A DNA stretch of 64,000 nucleotides from a virus (lineage: Duplodnaviria; Caudoviricetes), in IMG/VR virus record IMGVR_UViG_3300038393_002209, positions 372 through 64,371 of that record. One strand, given 5' to 3'. Shown piece after piece: positions 17,818-28,600 of this stretch. Positions within the stretch are counted from its first letter, which is position 1, and the number at the start of each line of letters is the position of its first letter. A model generated the notes under the pieces. The model searched no databases, was not told the DNA's origin, and saw only the letters and a list, made by a program, of their open reading frames with translations. The position numbers and the translations under genes are program-made.

Positions 17818-19263
17818 ATGCCCGTCGGACCTTCGGCCGTCTACGACAAGCTGGAGCAGTTGTCGACCTCGCTGGCCGGCCTGGTGAAGGCCCAGGGCGG
17901 ATCGTTCGTCGCCGCCTCGGCCGGGGTGGACTACGCCGCCGCCGCCCACGTCCACGCCATCGCCGACGTGACCGGCCTCCAGCCCGCCCTCGACGGCAAG
18001 TCGGACGTGGGCCACACCCACACCGCCTCCGAGGTCACGGACTTCGCCACGGCGGCCGACGCCCGCATCACCGCCCAGAAGGGCATGGCCAACGGCCTGG
18101 CGACCCTGGGCTCGGGCGGCAAGATCCCCTCCGCCCAGCTCCCCTCGATCGCCATCAGCGACTTCCTGGGCTCGGTCGGGAGCCAGGCGGCCATGCTCGC
18201 CCTCAACGGCGAGCGGGGCGACTGGTGCATCCGCAACGACATCCTCAAGACCTACATCCTCACCGGGGACGACCCCTCGGTCCTGGCCAACTGGCAGGCC
18301 CTGGTGACGCCCGAGGACGTCGTGCTCGCGGTCAACAATCAGGTCGGCGACATCCACCTCACCACGACCGACATCCCCGAGGGGGTGAACCCCTACTTCA
18401 GCGACGCCCTGGCGGACGGGCGGATCGCCGCCGCGGTCGGGGCTACGGTCCAGGCTTGGGACGCCGACCTCGACGCCGTGGCCGCCGTCGCCACCACCGG
18501 CTTCGTCCGCCGGACCGGGCCGGCCGCCTGGGCCGCCTCGGCCCTGGTCGCCGCCGACGTGCCGCCCCTCGACGCCGCCAAGATCACGACCGGGACCGTG
18601 GACACCGCCCGCCTGGGCTCGGGCACGCCCGACGCGACCAAGTTCCTGCGGGGCGACCAGACCTGGGCGGTCCCGACCGCGGCCCCCACCCCGGCCGGGT
18701 CGGACACCCAGGTGCAGTTCAACGACGCCGGCGCCCTGGCCGGGGACGGCAACTTCATCTGGGACAAGGTCGCCCAGAGGGTCACGGTCAAGGCGGCCGG
18801 CTCGGCCGGCTCGACCACCGGGCTCCTCATCAAGGACTCCAACGGCAACAACCGCTTCGACGCCCGGGACAACGGCACCGTCAAGCTGTCCAACCTGGAC
18901 GGGGCCAACGGCGACGGCCTGATCCTGTCGGTGGCCGGCACCGGCCGCGGCAAGTGCACGAACGCGGCCAACTGGGGCTTCGGCTCGAACGCCATCAACG
19001 ACTCGAATCAGCACATGCTGGTCGTCAGCGAGAGCACCACCAAGCCCACCCTGGTCCTCAAGCTCCGGGCGAGCCAGACGGCCGACCTCTTCGCGGTGCA
19101 GGACTCCGCGGCCAACCCCCTGGCGGCGATCGGCAAGGTCGGCGAGTACCGGCCGGCGTCGATGGCCGACGCCTCGGCCCCGAACAACTCGGTCTATTAC
19201 AGCACCACCGCGTCCAAGCTCGTCTACAAGGACTCGGGCGGCGTCGTCAACGTCCTCTACTGA
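17818..19263 (+). CDS. fibre-like structural protein
   Basis: HVHAIADVTGLQPALDGKSDVGHTHTASEVTDF repeat and ARLGSG...TKFLRGD segment typical of fibre proteins. Confidence 0.75.
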   Translation: MPVGPSAVYDKLEQLSTSLAGLVKAQGGSFVAASAGVDYAAAAHVHAIADVTGLQPALDGKSDVGHTHTASEVTDFATAADARITAQKGMANGLATLGSGGKIPSAQLPSIAISDFLGSVGSQAAMLALNGERGDWCIRNDILKTYILTGDDPSVLANWQALVTPEDVVLAVNNQVGDIHLTTTDIPEGVNPYFSDALADGRIAAAVGATVQAWDADLDAVAAVATTGFVRRTGPAAWAASALVAADVPPLDAAKITTGTVDTARLGSGTPDATKFLRGDQTWAVPTAAPTPAGSDTQVQFNDAGALAGDGNFIWDKVAQRVTVKAAGSAGSTTGLLIKDSNGNNRFDARDNGTVKLSNLDGANGDGLILSVAGTGRGKCTNAANWGFGSNAINDSNQHMLVVSESTTKPTLVLKLRASQTADLFAVQDSAANPLAAIGKVGEYRPASMADASAPNNSVYYSTTASKLVYKDSGGVVNVLY

Positions 19264-19282
19264 TCCCAACCGAGGTCAACCG

Positions 19283-19627
19283 ATGGCCCTCCAGACCGTC
19301 CTGAGCGACCCGTTCGACGCCGCCGACCTGTCGTCGGCCTACATCCGGGTCATCCAGATCAACCTCGCCCTGGCCGACGACCTGGGCCGGGTCTCGTTCG
19401 GGGTCTACCGGGACGAGGCGGCCCGGCTGGCCGGCAAGCCCCCCGTGGCGACCTTCGACGTCCCGCTCCTGCCCCACGACCAGCCGGCCGAGGGGGGCCG
19501 CGGGGCGATCCCGTCGATGCCCGCGGTCCTGGCAAACTGCCAGGCCGCCTACGACCAGATCCGATCCACCTGCTACGCGCTGGCCAAGGCCGTCTTCCCG
19601 GAGCTGACCCAGGCCCTGGACGTCTGA
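19283..19627 (+). CDS. putative fibre assembly chaperone
   Basis: 114 aa directly after the fibre gene. Confidence 0.45.
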   Translation: MALQTVLSDPFDAADLSSAYIRVIQINLALADDLGRVSFGVYRDEAARLAGKPPVATFDVPLLPHDQPAEGGRGAIPSMPAVLANCQAAYDQIRSTCYALAKAVFPELTQALDV

Positions 19628-19666
19628 GACCCGGCCCGCCGGCCGACCCCTGACGAGGTGTGAACG

Positions 19667-20212
19667 ATGGCTTATCACTGGATCGGTACGTCGAACCTGG
19701 GCTCGTCCAAGGCCGCCGCCGCGATCACGGCCGAGCTGACCGACCTGGCCGGCGTGGCGGCCGGCACCCAGCCGGCGTTCACCGTCACGAACAAGGACGG
19801 CGTGGTCGGGGTCTCGACCGCCGCCATGCCCGACGGCCAGGAGGGCTACGTCTGGCTCAAGGACGGCTCGACCTACCTCTCGGCCCTGCCGGTGGCCCCC
19901 CGGGAGTCCGAGGGGTACGCCGACGTGCAGTGGATTCTGGGCGACCCCGACGTGGCCTCGTTCTTCTCGGGCGGGGCCTCGGGGGCCGCCGTGGCCGACG
20001 CCCTGCTGGCCAAGGTGATGCGGGGCGGCTACTCGTTCGAGCAGTTGTTCCTCCTGACGGCCGGGGCGATCGTCGCCGGCAAGCTGCTGGAGGGCACCGG
20101 AGGCCGGACCACCGAGATCCACCTGCCCGGGGACGACACCAAGATCCTCGGGACCACCACCAACGCGGCCGGGCAGCGGACCTTCGCCGCCGGCCCGGAC
20201 CTGGCGGGGTGA
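19667..20212 (+). CDS. hypothetical structural protein
   Basis: 181-aa ORF in late operon. Confidence 0.55.
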   Translation: MAYHWIGTSNLGSSKAAAAITAELTDLAGVAAGTQPAFTVTNKDGVVGVSTAAMPDGQEGYVWLKDGSTYLSALPVAPRESEGYADVQWILGDPDVASFFSGGASGAAVADALLAKVMRGGYSFEQLFLLTAGAIVAGKLLEGTGGRTTEIHLPGDDTKILGTTTNAAGQRTFAAGPDLAG

Positions 20213-20217
20213 TTCCC

Positions 20218-20802
20218 ATGCCCTACGGACCCTACCGCTACGGCCTGTTCCGCAACCCCCGGGGGCGTCGGCTCCCGGGGGGTCCGCTCGCCTACGGGGC
20301 CTGGCAGTCCGGCCTGGCCGAGGCCCCGCCGTTCGCCGCCCGGGACCGCGACGCCTTCCTGGGCACCACGCTCGGGCCTGGCATCGTGGGCCTGATCCAG
20401 GACGCCGGCCTCTTCGACGTGGTCGCCTACGCCGACCGGTCCGACGTCGCCCCGATCACCTCGGCGGCCCGCACCTGGGCGATCGTCCGGCCCACCGGCC
20501 AGGCGACGAAGAAGGAACCGGCCCCCGACCGCAAGGTCCGGCTGGTGCAGTACGCCGTCGAGATCCAGACCGACGTGCCCGACGGCCCCGAGGCCGAGGA
20601 GCAGCTCGGGTACATCTTCGCCGTGCTCTACAACGCCCTGCACAACGCCCCCTTCGGCGGCTTCTGCCTCTTCGACTGGTCCCAGGTCGAGCGGGATACC
20701 GCCGACGTCGGGGCCAACCCGGGCGGCAAGCTCCTGCTCATGGGCCAGTTCGCTTATGTGGTGGCGTTCAACCCCACCGGGCTGTTCTCGCCGACCCCCT
20801 GA
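20218..20802 (+). CDS. putative tail completion/terminator-like protein
   Basis: Alpha/beta ORF two genes before tail tube. Confidence 0.45.
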   Translation: MPYGPYRYGLFRNPRGRRLPGGPLAYGAWQSGLAEAPPFAARDRDAFLGTTLGPGIVGLIQDAGLFDVVAYADRSDVAPITSAARTWAIVRPTGQATKKEPAPDRKVRLVQYAVEIQTDVPDGPEAEEQLGYIFAVLYNALHNAPFGGFCLFDWSQVERDTADVGANPGGKLLLMGQFAYVVAFNPTGLFSPTP

Positions 20803-20814
20803 CCCGAGGGACCC

Positions 20815-21315
20815 ATGCCCGCCCCACTCCTGGCCGCCACGCCCGGACCCGAGGAACGCTCGGTGGACGCCATCCTGGGGGCGATCTCCGCGGGCACGCG
20901 GCTCGCCGCCCTCGGCGTCACCCTCTTCGAGCCCGACGGCGAACGCCGCAACCTCGACCAGTTCGAGCCCGAGGGCTCGGAGCTTCCGGCCGTCGTCTTC
21001 GTGGGCGAGACGGCGACCCCCTGCCGGTGGATCGACGAGCGGGCCGAGGGGGCCGAGATCCACCTGCGGTTCCAGCTCTGGACCCCGGGGACCAACTGGC
21101 GGGACCGCCGCCGCCTCTTCGAGGCGTTCCGCCGGGACCTGGGCATCGGAGACGACAGCCGCACGGTCTACGACGTACTCAACGGTATCGACGCCGTGGA
21201 CGAACTCCGGTCCTTCACCCTCATCGACGGCGGGGGCCGGTGCAAGGTCCGCGGCGAGGACGCCTACGCCACGGTCTCCGAGGTCACGATCAAGCTGCTG
21301 ATCGACCTCATCTGA
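20815..21315 (+). CDS. putative tail terminator-like protein
   Basis: ELPAVVF motif; position before tail tube. Confidence 0.45.
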   Translation: MPAPLLAATPGPEERSVDAILGAISAGTRLAALGVTLFEPDGERRNLDQFEPEGSELPAVVFVGETATPCRWIDERAEGAEIHLRFQLWTPGTNWRDRRRLFEAFRRDLGIGDDSRTVYDVLNGIDAVDELRSFTLIDGGGRCKVRGEDAYATVSEVTIKLLIDLI

Positions 21316-21377
21316 CCGCCGGCACACTCGACGAGGCATGAGCGAAGTCCCCCGACCCGACTGACGGGAGACGGCCC

Positions 21378-22310
21378 ATGCCCGCCGGACACGATCGATG
21401 GATGGCCTTCCGCGAGGAGGCGACCTACGGCGTCTACGACGTCGCGGGCACCGACGTCCTCGCCCGGATCGACGACCCCGCCTTCGCCCTCGACCCCGTG
21501 CCGGCGTACTACGTCATCCGCACGGCCGACTCCGGGAACGAGCCCGTGCTCGAACTCTCGGGCCGCAAGGTCATCGCGGGCGACTTCAACACGTTCTTGT
21601 TCGCCGATGGGTCCGCCCCGGACGACTGGGCCGGCTCGATCCTCAAGTGGGCGACCGACATCTCCTCGGGCGACCTGCCCAGCTTCAGCGTCACCGAATG
21701 GGACGGCGTCCGGTTCCGCCGCTCGCTGGGCTGCAAGATCGGCTCCCTGAACCTCTCCTGCGCCGCCGAGACCCAGGAGGGTGGCCTGCGGTGCCGGATG
21801 CAGATCCTGGGCATGAAGCCGGACACCGACCCGGTCGGCCTGACGGCCCCCGCCGCCTCCGCCTACCCCAAGCTGATCTACCGCCACGTCGAATCCAAGG
21901 GCGGCCTGATCTTCCGGGCGACGGGCTCCAGCGTGCGGGCCAAGTACCGCAGCTTCAGCCTCGACATCAAGAACATGGTCTCGGCCAACTTCGACGAGGA
22001 CAGCTACGCCACCGACATCACGTATGAGGGCCGGGACATCAGCGGCTCGTTCTCGGTCCGGTTCGAGTCCAAGACCGACCGGGACAGCTTCGAGGGCCGC
22101 AGCACCCACACCGCCTCGATCCTCTTCAGCAAGCTGACCACGACCCCCAAGCACACCCTCTCGCTCGACCTCCAGACCCAGTGCCGCATCACCGGCCTGG
22201 ACCGGGAGCGTCCGCTCGACAAGCGGCAGTACGAGATGGTCAAGTTCATGGCCTACCTCGACCCGACCTCGGGCAAGACCATCGGGTTCACGACCGCCAA
22301 CCCGGCCTGA
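21378..22310 (+). CDS. major tail tube protein
   Basis: 310 aa beta-rich; EEATYG N-terminus and GRDISGSFSVRF segment typical of tube proteins. Confidence 0.7.
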   Translation: MPAGHDRWMAFREEATYGVYDVAGTDVLARIDDPAFALDPVPAYYVIRTADSGNEPVLELSGRKVIAGDFNTFLFADGSAPDDWAGSILKWATDISSGDLPSFSVTEWDGVRFRRSLGCKIGSLNLSCAAETQEGGLRCRMQILGMKPDTDPVGLTAPAASAYPKLIYRHVESKGGLIFRATGSSVRAKYRSFSLDIKNMVSANFDEDSYATDITYEGRDISGSFSVRFESKTDRDSFEGRSTHTASILFSKLTTTPKHTLSLDLQTQCRITGLDRERPLDKRQYEMVKFMAYLDPTSGKTIGFTTANPA

Positions 22311-22316
22311 CCCGCG

Positions 22317-22345
22317 GGGGACCCGGTAACGATTACCGGGTCCCC
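22317..22345. terminator. perfect hairpin between convergent genes containing 13-bp palindrome copy 6 (22325-22337)
   Basis: GGGGACCCGGTAA-CGA-TTACCGGGTCCCC. Confidence 0.8.
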
Positions 22346-22677
22346 TTCGCCGGCCGCAGGTACTTCCGGAAGGCCGTCGCGGAGCCCTGGTACTCGGGGG
22401 TGTCCACCCCCAGCCTCACCTCCCGCAGCAGGTCGTCCTCCGGGCCGGGGTCCTCGACCACGACGGCCTTCGACCCGACCGGGACGTTCAGGACCCCCAT
22501 CCCGGTGGGGATGCGGGCGATCGAATACTGGCCGCCGTCGTAGGACACCGCGAAGAAGACGTCCTGCCCCTCCGACAGCAGCGACCGGTCGGTGGGGGCC
22601 GGGGCCTCGGTCTCGGAGCACCCGCAGAGGGCCGCCAGGGCCAGGGCGATCGGGAGTGACGGTCTGATGATCTTCAT
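22333..22677 (-). CDS. predicted lipoprotein (antisense to tail operon)
   Basis: MKIIRPSLPIALALAALCGC signal peptide with lipobox-like Cys. Confidence 0.7.
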   Translation of the reverse strand: MKIIRPSLPIALALAALCGCSETEAPAPTDRSLLSEGQDVFFAVSYDGGQYSIARIPTGMGVLNVPVGSKAVVVEDPGPEDDLLREVRLGVDTPEYQGSATAFRKYLRPAKGTR

Positions 22678-23215
22678 CGCGGCCACCTGGGACGATCACG
22701 GGGTCGACATCTCGGCGGAACTCGCCCGGATGGGGCGGTTCCGGCCCGACCTATCCGTATTAGTACAACCAATCACGCAATTCGTCCAGTCCTCGAACCG
22801 GGAGCTTCGGCTCGCGGGGCTCGGTGCCAACGGCGAGGTGCTGCCCGACGTCACCGAGTCCACCCTGGAGCGGAGACGCCGCCGGGGCGACGGCGACGGC
22901 CCGCCCCTGGTGCCCAACGGGTCCGAGTCCCGGGCGATCCGCAACCTCGTGGTGGACGTCCGGGCGGGCGTCTCGACCCTCACGGTCCAGTCCGGCGTGA
23001 TCGGTGCCCCCTGGCTGGCCTACCACCTCGTCGCCACGCCCCACCGGCCCCGCCGCGACGTGCTGGGCCTGCCCCCGGCCTACTGGCAGGTCGTGGACGC
23101 GATGGTGGCCGACGAGGTCCAGCAGCAGTTCGACAACAGGCCCCGCGGGTTCTTCGGCCGTGCGGCCGGGGCGGCCGGCGGGTTCTTCGGCCGACTCCGA
23201 GGAGGTCCCCGATGA
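22667..23215 (+). CDS. phage virion morphogenesis / neck-type protein
   Basis: STLERRRRRG..PPLV...YHL...RPRRDVLGL resembles the virion morphogenesis family. Confidence 0.6.
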   Translation: MIFIAATWDDHGVDISAELARMGRFRPDLSVLVQPITQFVQSSNRELRLAGLGANGEVLPDVTESTLERRRRRGDGDGPPLVPNGSESRAIRNLVVDVRAGVSTLTVQSGVIGAPWLAYHLVATPHRPRRDVLGLPPAYWQVVDAMVADEVQQQFDNRPRGFFGRAAGAAGGFFGRLRGGPR

Positions 23216-25635
23216 ACGGCGTCCCCGAATCCCTCCTCCGCGAGGTCGAGTTCCGCGTCAACACCCAGGGCACCGCGGCCCTGGCCGACCTCTCGATCGC
23301 CATCACGGACGTCGAGGGCCGGATGACGGCCCTGGCGACCAAGATGCCGGCCAACGGGCAGGAGGCCCGCGAGATGGCCTCCGACATGGCCTACCTCAAC
23401 GCCGAGCTGGGCCGGCTCCAGCAGACCTTCCGGGCCGTGGACAACGCCCTCTCGGGGGCCGGCAACGTCTCCGTGGCCGCCCTCAAGCGTCAGGAGGCCG
23501 CCGCCCGGGCCGTGCTGGAGATCAGCCGCGGCCTCGAAGACTTCAGCATGGCCGGATGGCGTGGCGCCCTCAACAACATCCCGATGCTCATCATGTCGAT
23601 CGGCCAGGCCGCCGGCATGACCGCCACCCAGGTCAGCGTCCTGACCGGCGGGATCTCGATCCTGGCGACCCTGGGCACCCTGGTCGTCCAGAACTGGAGG
23701 CACTTCCAGAATTTCTTCACGGATATGTTCACGAATCCCCAGCGTGCCCTGGACTCGTTCAAGGCCGGCATGCAGGGGCTGGGCGACGGCATGGTCAACG
23801 CCTTCTCGGCGACCTTCGACAACACCCTCAAGACCAAGGTCGAGATCCTCACCGAGTCCTTGAAGAAGGCCGAGGACCGGACCAAGGATCTCGCCGGCCA
23901 GGCCCGGCTCACCGAGTCCGAGATGAGGGAGCTGACCTACGGCCGGGGCAACGTCGAGCGGCTCAAGAAGGCCCTCGAAGAGGCGAAGGAGGCCCAGGAG
24001 CTGCTCAAGTCGGCCAGCAAGCCGACCCGGGACGCCGCCGCCGCCTTCGAGGAGGGGGTCGAGACGGTCGGGGGCCAGAACCTCGGCCCGATGCTGGAGA
24101 AGGCCCTCGCCACGATGGCCGGCGGCAAGGACAAGGTGCTGTCCAACGCCCGGCTCGGACTCCGGGGCACCCCCAAGGAGATGGTGGATGCCCTGATCGG
24201 CAAGGCGTCCAACCAGGCCGACCCCCAGAACGCCTCGGCCTTCAAGTCGATCCTCACCGCCCTGGAGGTCGGCGGCTTCGGCGGCACGTCGGCCTTCTAC
24301 GAGTTGGCGACCCGCCACCCCGACTACGTGAAGGCCCAGGAGGCCGCCGAGAAGCAATACGCCCAGACCCTCCAGGAGGCCAAGGCCACCCAGCAGAAGG
24401 CCAACGACCTGACCGGACCCCTGCGGTCCAAGGCCGCCGAGGACATCCTGGCCCGGATGGCCGGGGTCGAGGCCGGGGGCGGCAGCGGCAAGGCCGTCGA
24501 GATGGTGGCCCGCGAGTCGGTCAACTTCGCCATCCAGCAGGCCGGCGTGCCGGCCGAACTCCGGGGGGCCGCCTCCCAGGACTTCCTCAAGGAGATCCTG
24601 ACGCAGTACCGCTCCCAGCGGACCGCCTCCTCGCCCCGCGAGATCATGGCCCAGGCCGCCGACCCGGACGCCCTCCGCGAGGCGTCGAGGCGGATCGACA
24701 CCGCCGTGCGGGTCGCCCTCGGCAAGGCGGTCCTGGCCGGCCTGTCGGACGAGGAGGCCGTCAAGGCCGCCGAGAAGGCCGCGTTCCAGCTCCTGGAGCC
24801 CGAACTCGGCGGGGCCGAGGCCCGCAACGTGGCCGCCTCGCTCACGATCGACGCCGAGGCCGCGTTCCGCTCGAAGCGGGGCGGGGGCGACCCCCGGCGG
24901 GCCGCCACGGCCTTCATCGCCGAGAGCGAGGCCGAGGGCCGGTCCCGCAAGACGGCCCTCCAGCGGGAGGACGCGGCCAAGGCCAGGGCCGCCGAGCGGG
25001 CCGAGAAGGCCGCCAAGCGGGAGGATGACGCCGCCAAGCGGGAGCGTGCCCAGGAGATCAGCCGGTTCTCCAAGTCGTTCGAGGGTGAGGTCGGGCCGGC
25101 GATCGAGACCGCGATCACGGCCAACCAGCTCCGCAACCAGGCCCTGGCGGACATGGACCCGACCCAGCGGTCCATCGCCCTCCGCCAGATGCGGATGGAG
25201 GCGGCCCAGTACCGCAAGCAGGTGGCCTTCCAGCGTCGCGGCCTGAAGGGGGAGGCCCTCCGTCGCTTCGACGAGGTGGCGGCCCTGGGAGCCCCCCTGG
25301 CGGCCCCCATGAGCGACGAGGCGTTCCAGGTCGAGATGGCCAACCGGGTCGGCGGCATGATGCAGGCCCGGGGCGCCCGGGACAACTCCGGAGACGTCGC
25401 CCCCTCGGACACGATCAAGGCCGGGGCCGAGGAGATCGTCGGCCGGTCCGCGAGCGACGTATCCCAGAAGGTGACGGCCGCGTTGTTCAACGCCGTCTCG
25501 GCCCAGGAGGCCCTGGCCGGCCTGCTCGCCTCCCAGCAGGCCGAGCTGGGACGCCTGCTCGAACGCCAGGGCGGCCTGAACCGAGCCCTCGACGGCATCG
25601 GAGCCCAGAACACCCGACTCCGCAGGACCCGATGA
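23212..25635 (+). CDS. tape measure protein
   Basis: 807 aa, Ala/Glu/Gln-rich helical, internal hydrophobic segment, position after tube gene. Confidence 0.8.
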   Translation: MNGVPESLLREVEFRVNTQGTAALADLSIAITDVEGRMTALATKMPANGQEAREMASDMAYLNAELGRLQQTFRAVDNALSGAGNVSVAALKRQEAAARAVLEISRGLEDFSMAGWRGALNNIPMLIMSIGQAAGMTATQVSVLTGGISILATLGTLVVQNWRHFQNFFTDMFTNPQRALDSFKAGMQGLGDGMVNAFSATFDNTLKTKVEILTESLKKAEDRTKDLAGQARLTESEMRELTYGRGNVERLKKALEEAKEAQELLKSASKPTRDAAAAFEEGVETVGGQNLGPMLEKALATMAGGKDKVLSNARLGLRGTPKEMVDALIGKASNQADPQNASAFKSILTALEVGGFGGTSAFYELATRHPDYVKAQEAAEKQYAQTLQEAKATQQKANDLTGPLRSKAAEDILARMAGVEAGGGSGKAVEMVARESVNFAIQQAGVPAELRGAASQDFLKEILTQYRSQRTASSPREIMAQAADPDALREASRRIDTAVRVALGKAVLAGLSDEEAVKAAEKAAFQLLEPELGGAEARNVAASLTIDAEAAFRSKRGGGDPRRAATAFIAESEAEGRSRKTALQREDAAKARAAERAEKAAKREDDAAKRERAQEISRFSKSFEGEVGPAIETAITANQLRNQALADMDPTQRSIALRQMRMEAAQYRKQVAFQRRGLKGEALRRFDEVAALGAPLAAPMSDEAFQVEMANRVGGMMQARGARDNSGDVAPSDTIKAGAEEIVGRSASDVSQKVTAALFNAVSAQEALAGLLASQQAELGRLLERQGGLNRALDGIGAQNTRLRRTR

Positions 25636-25636
25636 C

Positions 25637-28600
25637 ATGGCGACCGAACTGAAGGTCAACGGGTCGGTCGTCAACCGGGCGACCTCCCGGATCAGCCTCG
25701 GCCGGTGGGTCGTCTTCGAGCGGGGCGGCATGCCCCGGCTCTCGTTCCGCCGCTACGCCCAGAGCCTCCAGACCCTCCCCTACCCCGGCGAGGGGGACGA
25801 GGTCCAGCTCCTGGTCGACGGCGTCCTGCGGTTCACCGGGGACGTCCGGGCGTGCGAGCCCGTCAAGCAGGCGAAGCGTCGCTGGGAATACCGCTACGAG
25901 GCCGAGGGCATCCGGGCCAGGGGCGACCGCTTCCCCGTCACGGAGGAGCAGGACGGCTCCGACCGGATCGTCTACAACCGCCCCCGGCTCGACCCGCTCT
26001 GGCTCCCCGGCCGGGCCGGCCGATCGGTCGGCCATATCATCACCTCCGCACTCGAACAGGCGACGAACAAGGCCAACCTGATCCGCTACGGCCTAGGCAA
26101 CCTCGTGCCCGGCGACGGCGGGGCGGCCCACGCGGTCCTGTCCGGCTACGCGGTCGGCTCGGTGGTGGTGGACGCCGGGGGCTCCGGCTACGACCCCGCG
26201 AATCCCCCCACCGTGCTCCTGGTCGGCGGCGGGGGCTCCGGGGCCACGGCCACGGCCACGGTCTCCGGGGGCGTCGTCACCGGGATCACGGTCACGTCCG
26301 GCGGCTCGGGCTACCGGTGGCCGCCGATCGTCGTCGTCTCGACCCTGCCCCCCACGACCCTCAACGACCTCGCCCGGATGGACCTCGTGCCGCCGAGGAG
26401 CGTCACCGTCGGGGGCGAGCGGTTCCTCCAGGCCGTGGGCGACTTCGCCCGGGACTGGTATCCCAACCACGACCTGCACGTCGAGCCCGACGGCACGATC
26501 CGGTTCCTCGACCAGCGGCGTTCCGCCGGCCCCGAGGTCGTCGTCTCGGGGGACGGATTCGGGGCGGTCGTCCGGGCGGTGGTGGACCCCCTGACGGGCG
26601 GGCTCACCGGGGCCGAGGTGATCGACGGCGGCGTGAACTACACGACCGCCTCGGCGTCCGTCGTGGGCGGCGGTGGCACCGGGGCGACGGTGAGCGTCAC
26701 CGTCTCGGGAGGCCAGGTCGTGACCGCCTCGGTCGGGACCGCCGGCTCGGGGTACTACGAGGGCTCGACCCTCACGCTCTGGCACGGCATCCAGCCCATC
26801 GAGGCCCCCGCGATCCAGCGGAACCACTCGGACTGCTACGGCCGGGTCGTGGTGCGGGGCCACGACTACGTCCTGGGGGCGTTGCTCACCCAGGGGGCCG
26901 GCCAGCTCGTGGAGAAGTTCGACCACGACGGCCTGACCTCGGCCCAGGCCAAGACCAAGTACGACCCCCGCGAGGCGTTGACGCCGGGCCAGGGTCCGGG
27001 CGGGGCCAGGGCCACCGCCATCATGGCCAAGGCCGCCGTGGCCTCGGTGACGGTGACGGCCGGCGGCTCGGGATTCACCTCGGCGCCCACCCTGAAGTGG
27101 ACCGGGGGCGGCGGCACCACCCTGACCATGACGGCCACCGTCTCGGGCGGCAAGATCACGGCGGTCACGGTCAACTCCTCGTCCTCGGACTTCAGCCTGC
27201 CCCCCACGATCTACATCGACAACACCGCCAACGGCGGGGGCTGGGGGGCGACCTTCACCGCCAACCTCGCCGCCCGGGCCGTGTCCTCGATCCAGCTCGA
27301 CGCGGGCGGATATGCTTACACGTCCGCCCCCCAGGTCCGGATCAAGGGGGGCGGCGGCAGCGGGGCCACGGCCACGGCCGCCCTGACCGGCGACGCCGTC
27401 TCGTCGCTCACCCTCACCGCGGGCGGCACCGGCTACACGACCGTCCCCCGCGTCGTGATCGGAGCCCCGAAGGGACCAGGCTACGACACCGGGGCCGTCC
27501 TGTCCGTCACGGACTTCTCGAACATCGTCGTCCAGTCGGATGATGATACGAAGATCTGGCCGGCGAACCACTGGGACCAGACGGACGCGGGCCGGCACGG
27601 GGTCCTGCTCCTGACCGAGACGACCGGGACCGGGATCGACAACCACTACCAGACCGAGGTGATCTCCAACGGCGGCCTGGCGGCCGGCGGCTCGACCACG
27701 CTCACCCTCGACCCGCCCCTGCCCCACAACCGGTTCGACCGCTACGAACTCTACGGCGTCTCCGGGGGCTCGTCGGTGGTCTACCGCCGCTACACCGTGA
27801 ACGACCCGGTCGCGTCATCGATGACGAATGAGCAATTCACGTTCGCGGCCCCGTTCCACGACCCCAGCGGCAACGCCGCCACCCTGACGTGGTTCAACAC
27901 CGCGGCGATCCTCTGGAGCAGCACGGGCCAGCCCCCGTACATGAGCGGCCCCCTGGAGTTCGAGATCGACCCGGACGCCGGGACGATCACGTTCGCCCGC
28001 CCGGTCTACACCCTCTTCGGCACCCCCTCGAAGCACCGCAAGGGGGAGCTGGACGGCGTCCCATCGGACATCGCGGTCCTGGTTGGCGTGAACCAGAAGG
28101 CCCTCACCACGGCCTACCCGCCCGACGACGCGATCACGGGGGACCCGGTCTTCGAGGGCTCGGCCTTCGACCTCCTGGGCCTCCAGGAGACCCTCACGGT
28201 CACGGTCGACGGCTGGAGGGACAAGGTCGGCACCGACAACATGGCCAAGCTGGCCAAGGAATGGCACGACGCGGTCAAGGACATCCATGTGGATGGCGTC
28301 GTCCAGTGGCTCGGGTCCTACTTCCCGCCGGCCCTGGCCCCGGGGCTCGCCCTGTCGGTCCGCGGCTACAACGGGGCCGAGTACGACACCGGCATGGAGT
28401 CGATGGCCATCCCCGTCACCCGGGTCGAGTGCGAGTTCTCTCCGGACGGCCCGCTGCCGGTAACGGTTTCCATGCAGGTGAGCAACCGGAGGTATCACCT
28501 CTCGGCCGCCGCGTTCGTGACCACGCCGGCCCAGGCCGAGCCGATCGGAATCCCGGGCGGTGTCTTCCAGGCCGCCGCGATGCAGTACGGCGGCATGGTG

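Noticed and set aside
22310-23212. Tail assembly chaperone programmed frameshift
   Set aside because: No G/GT-type ORF pair or slippery heptamer found between tube and tape measure genes
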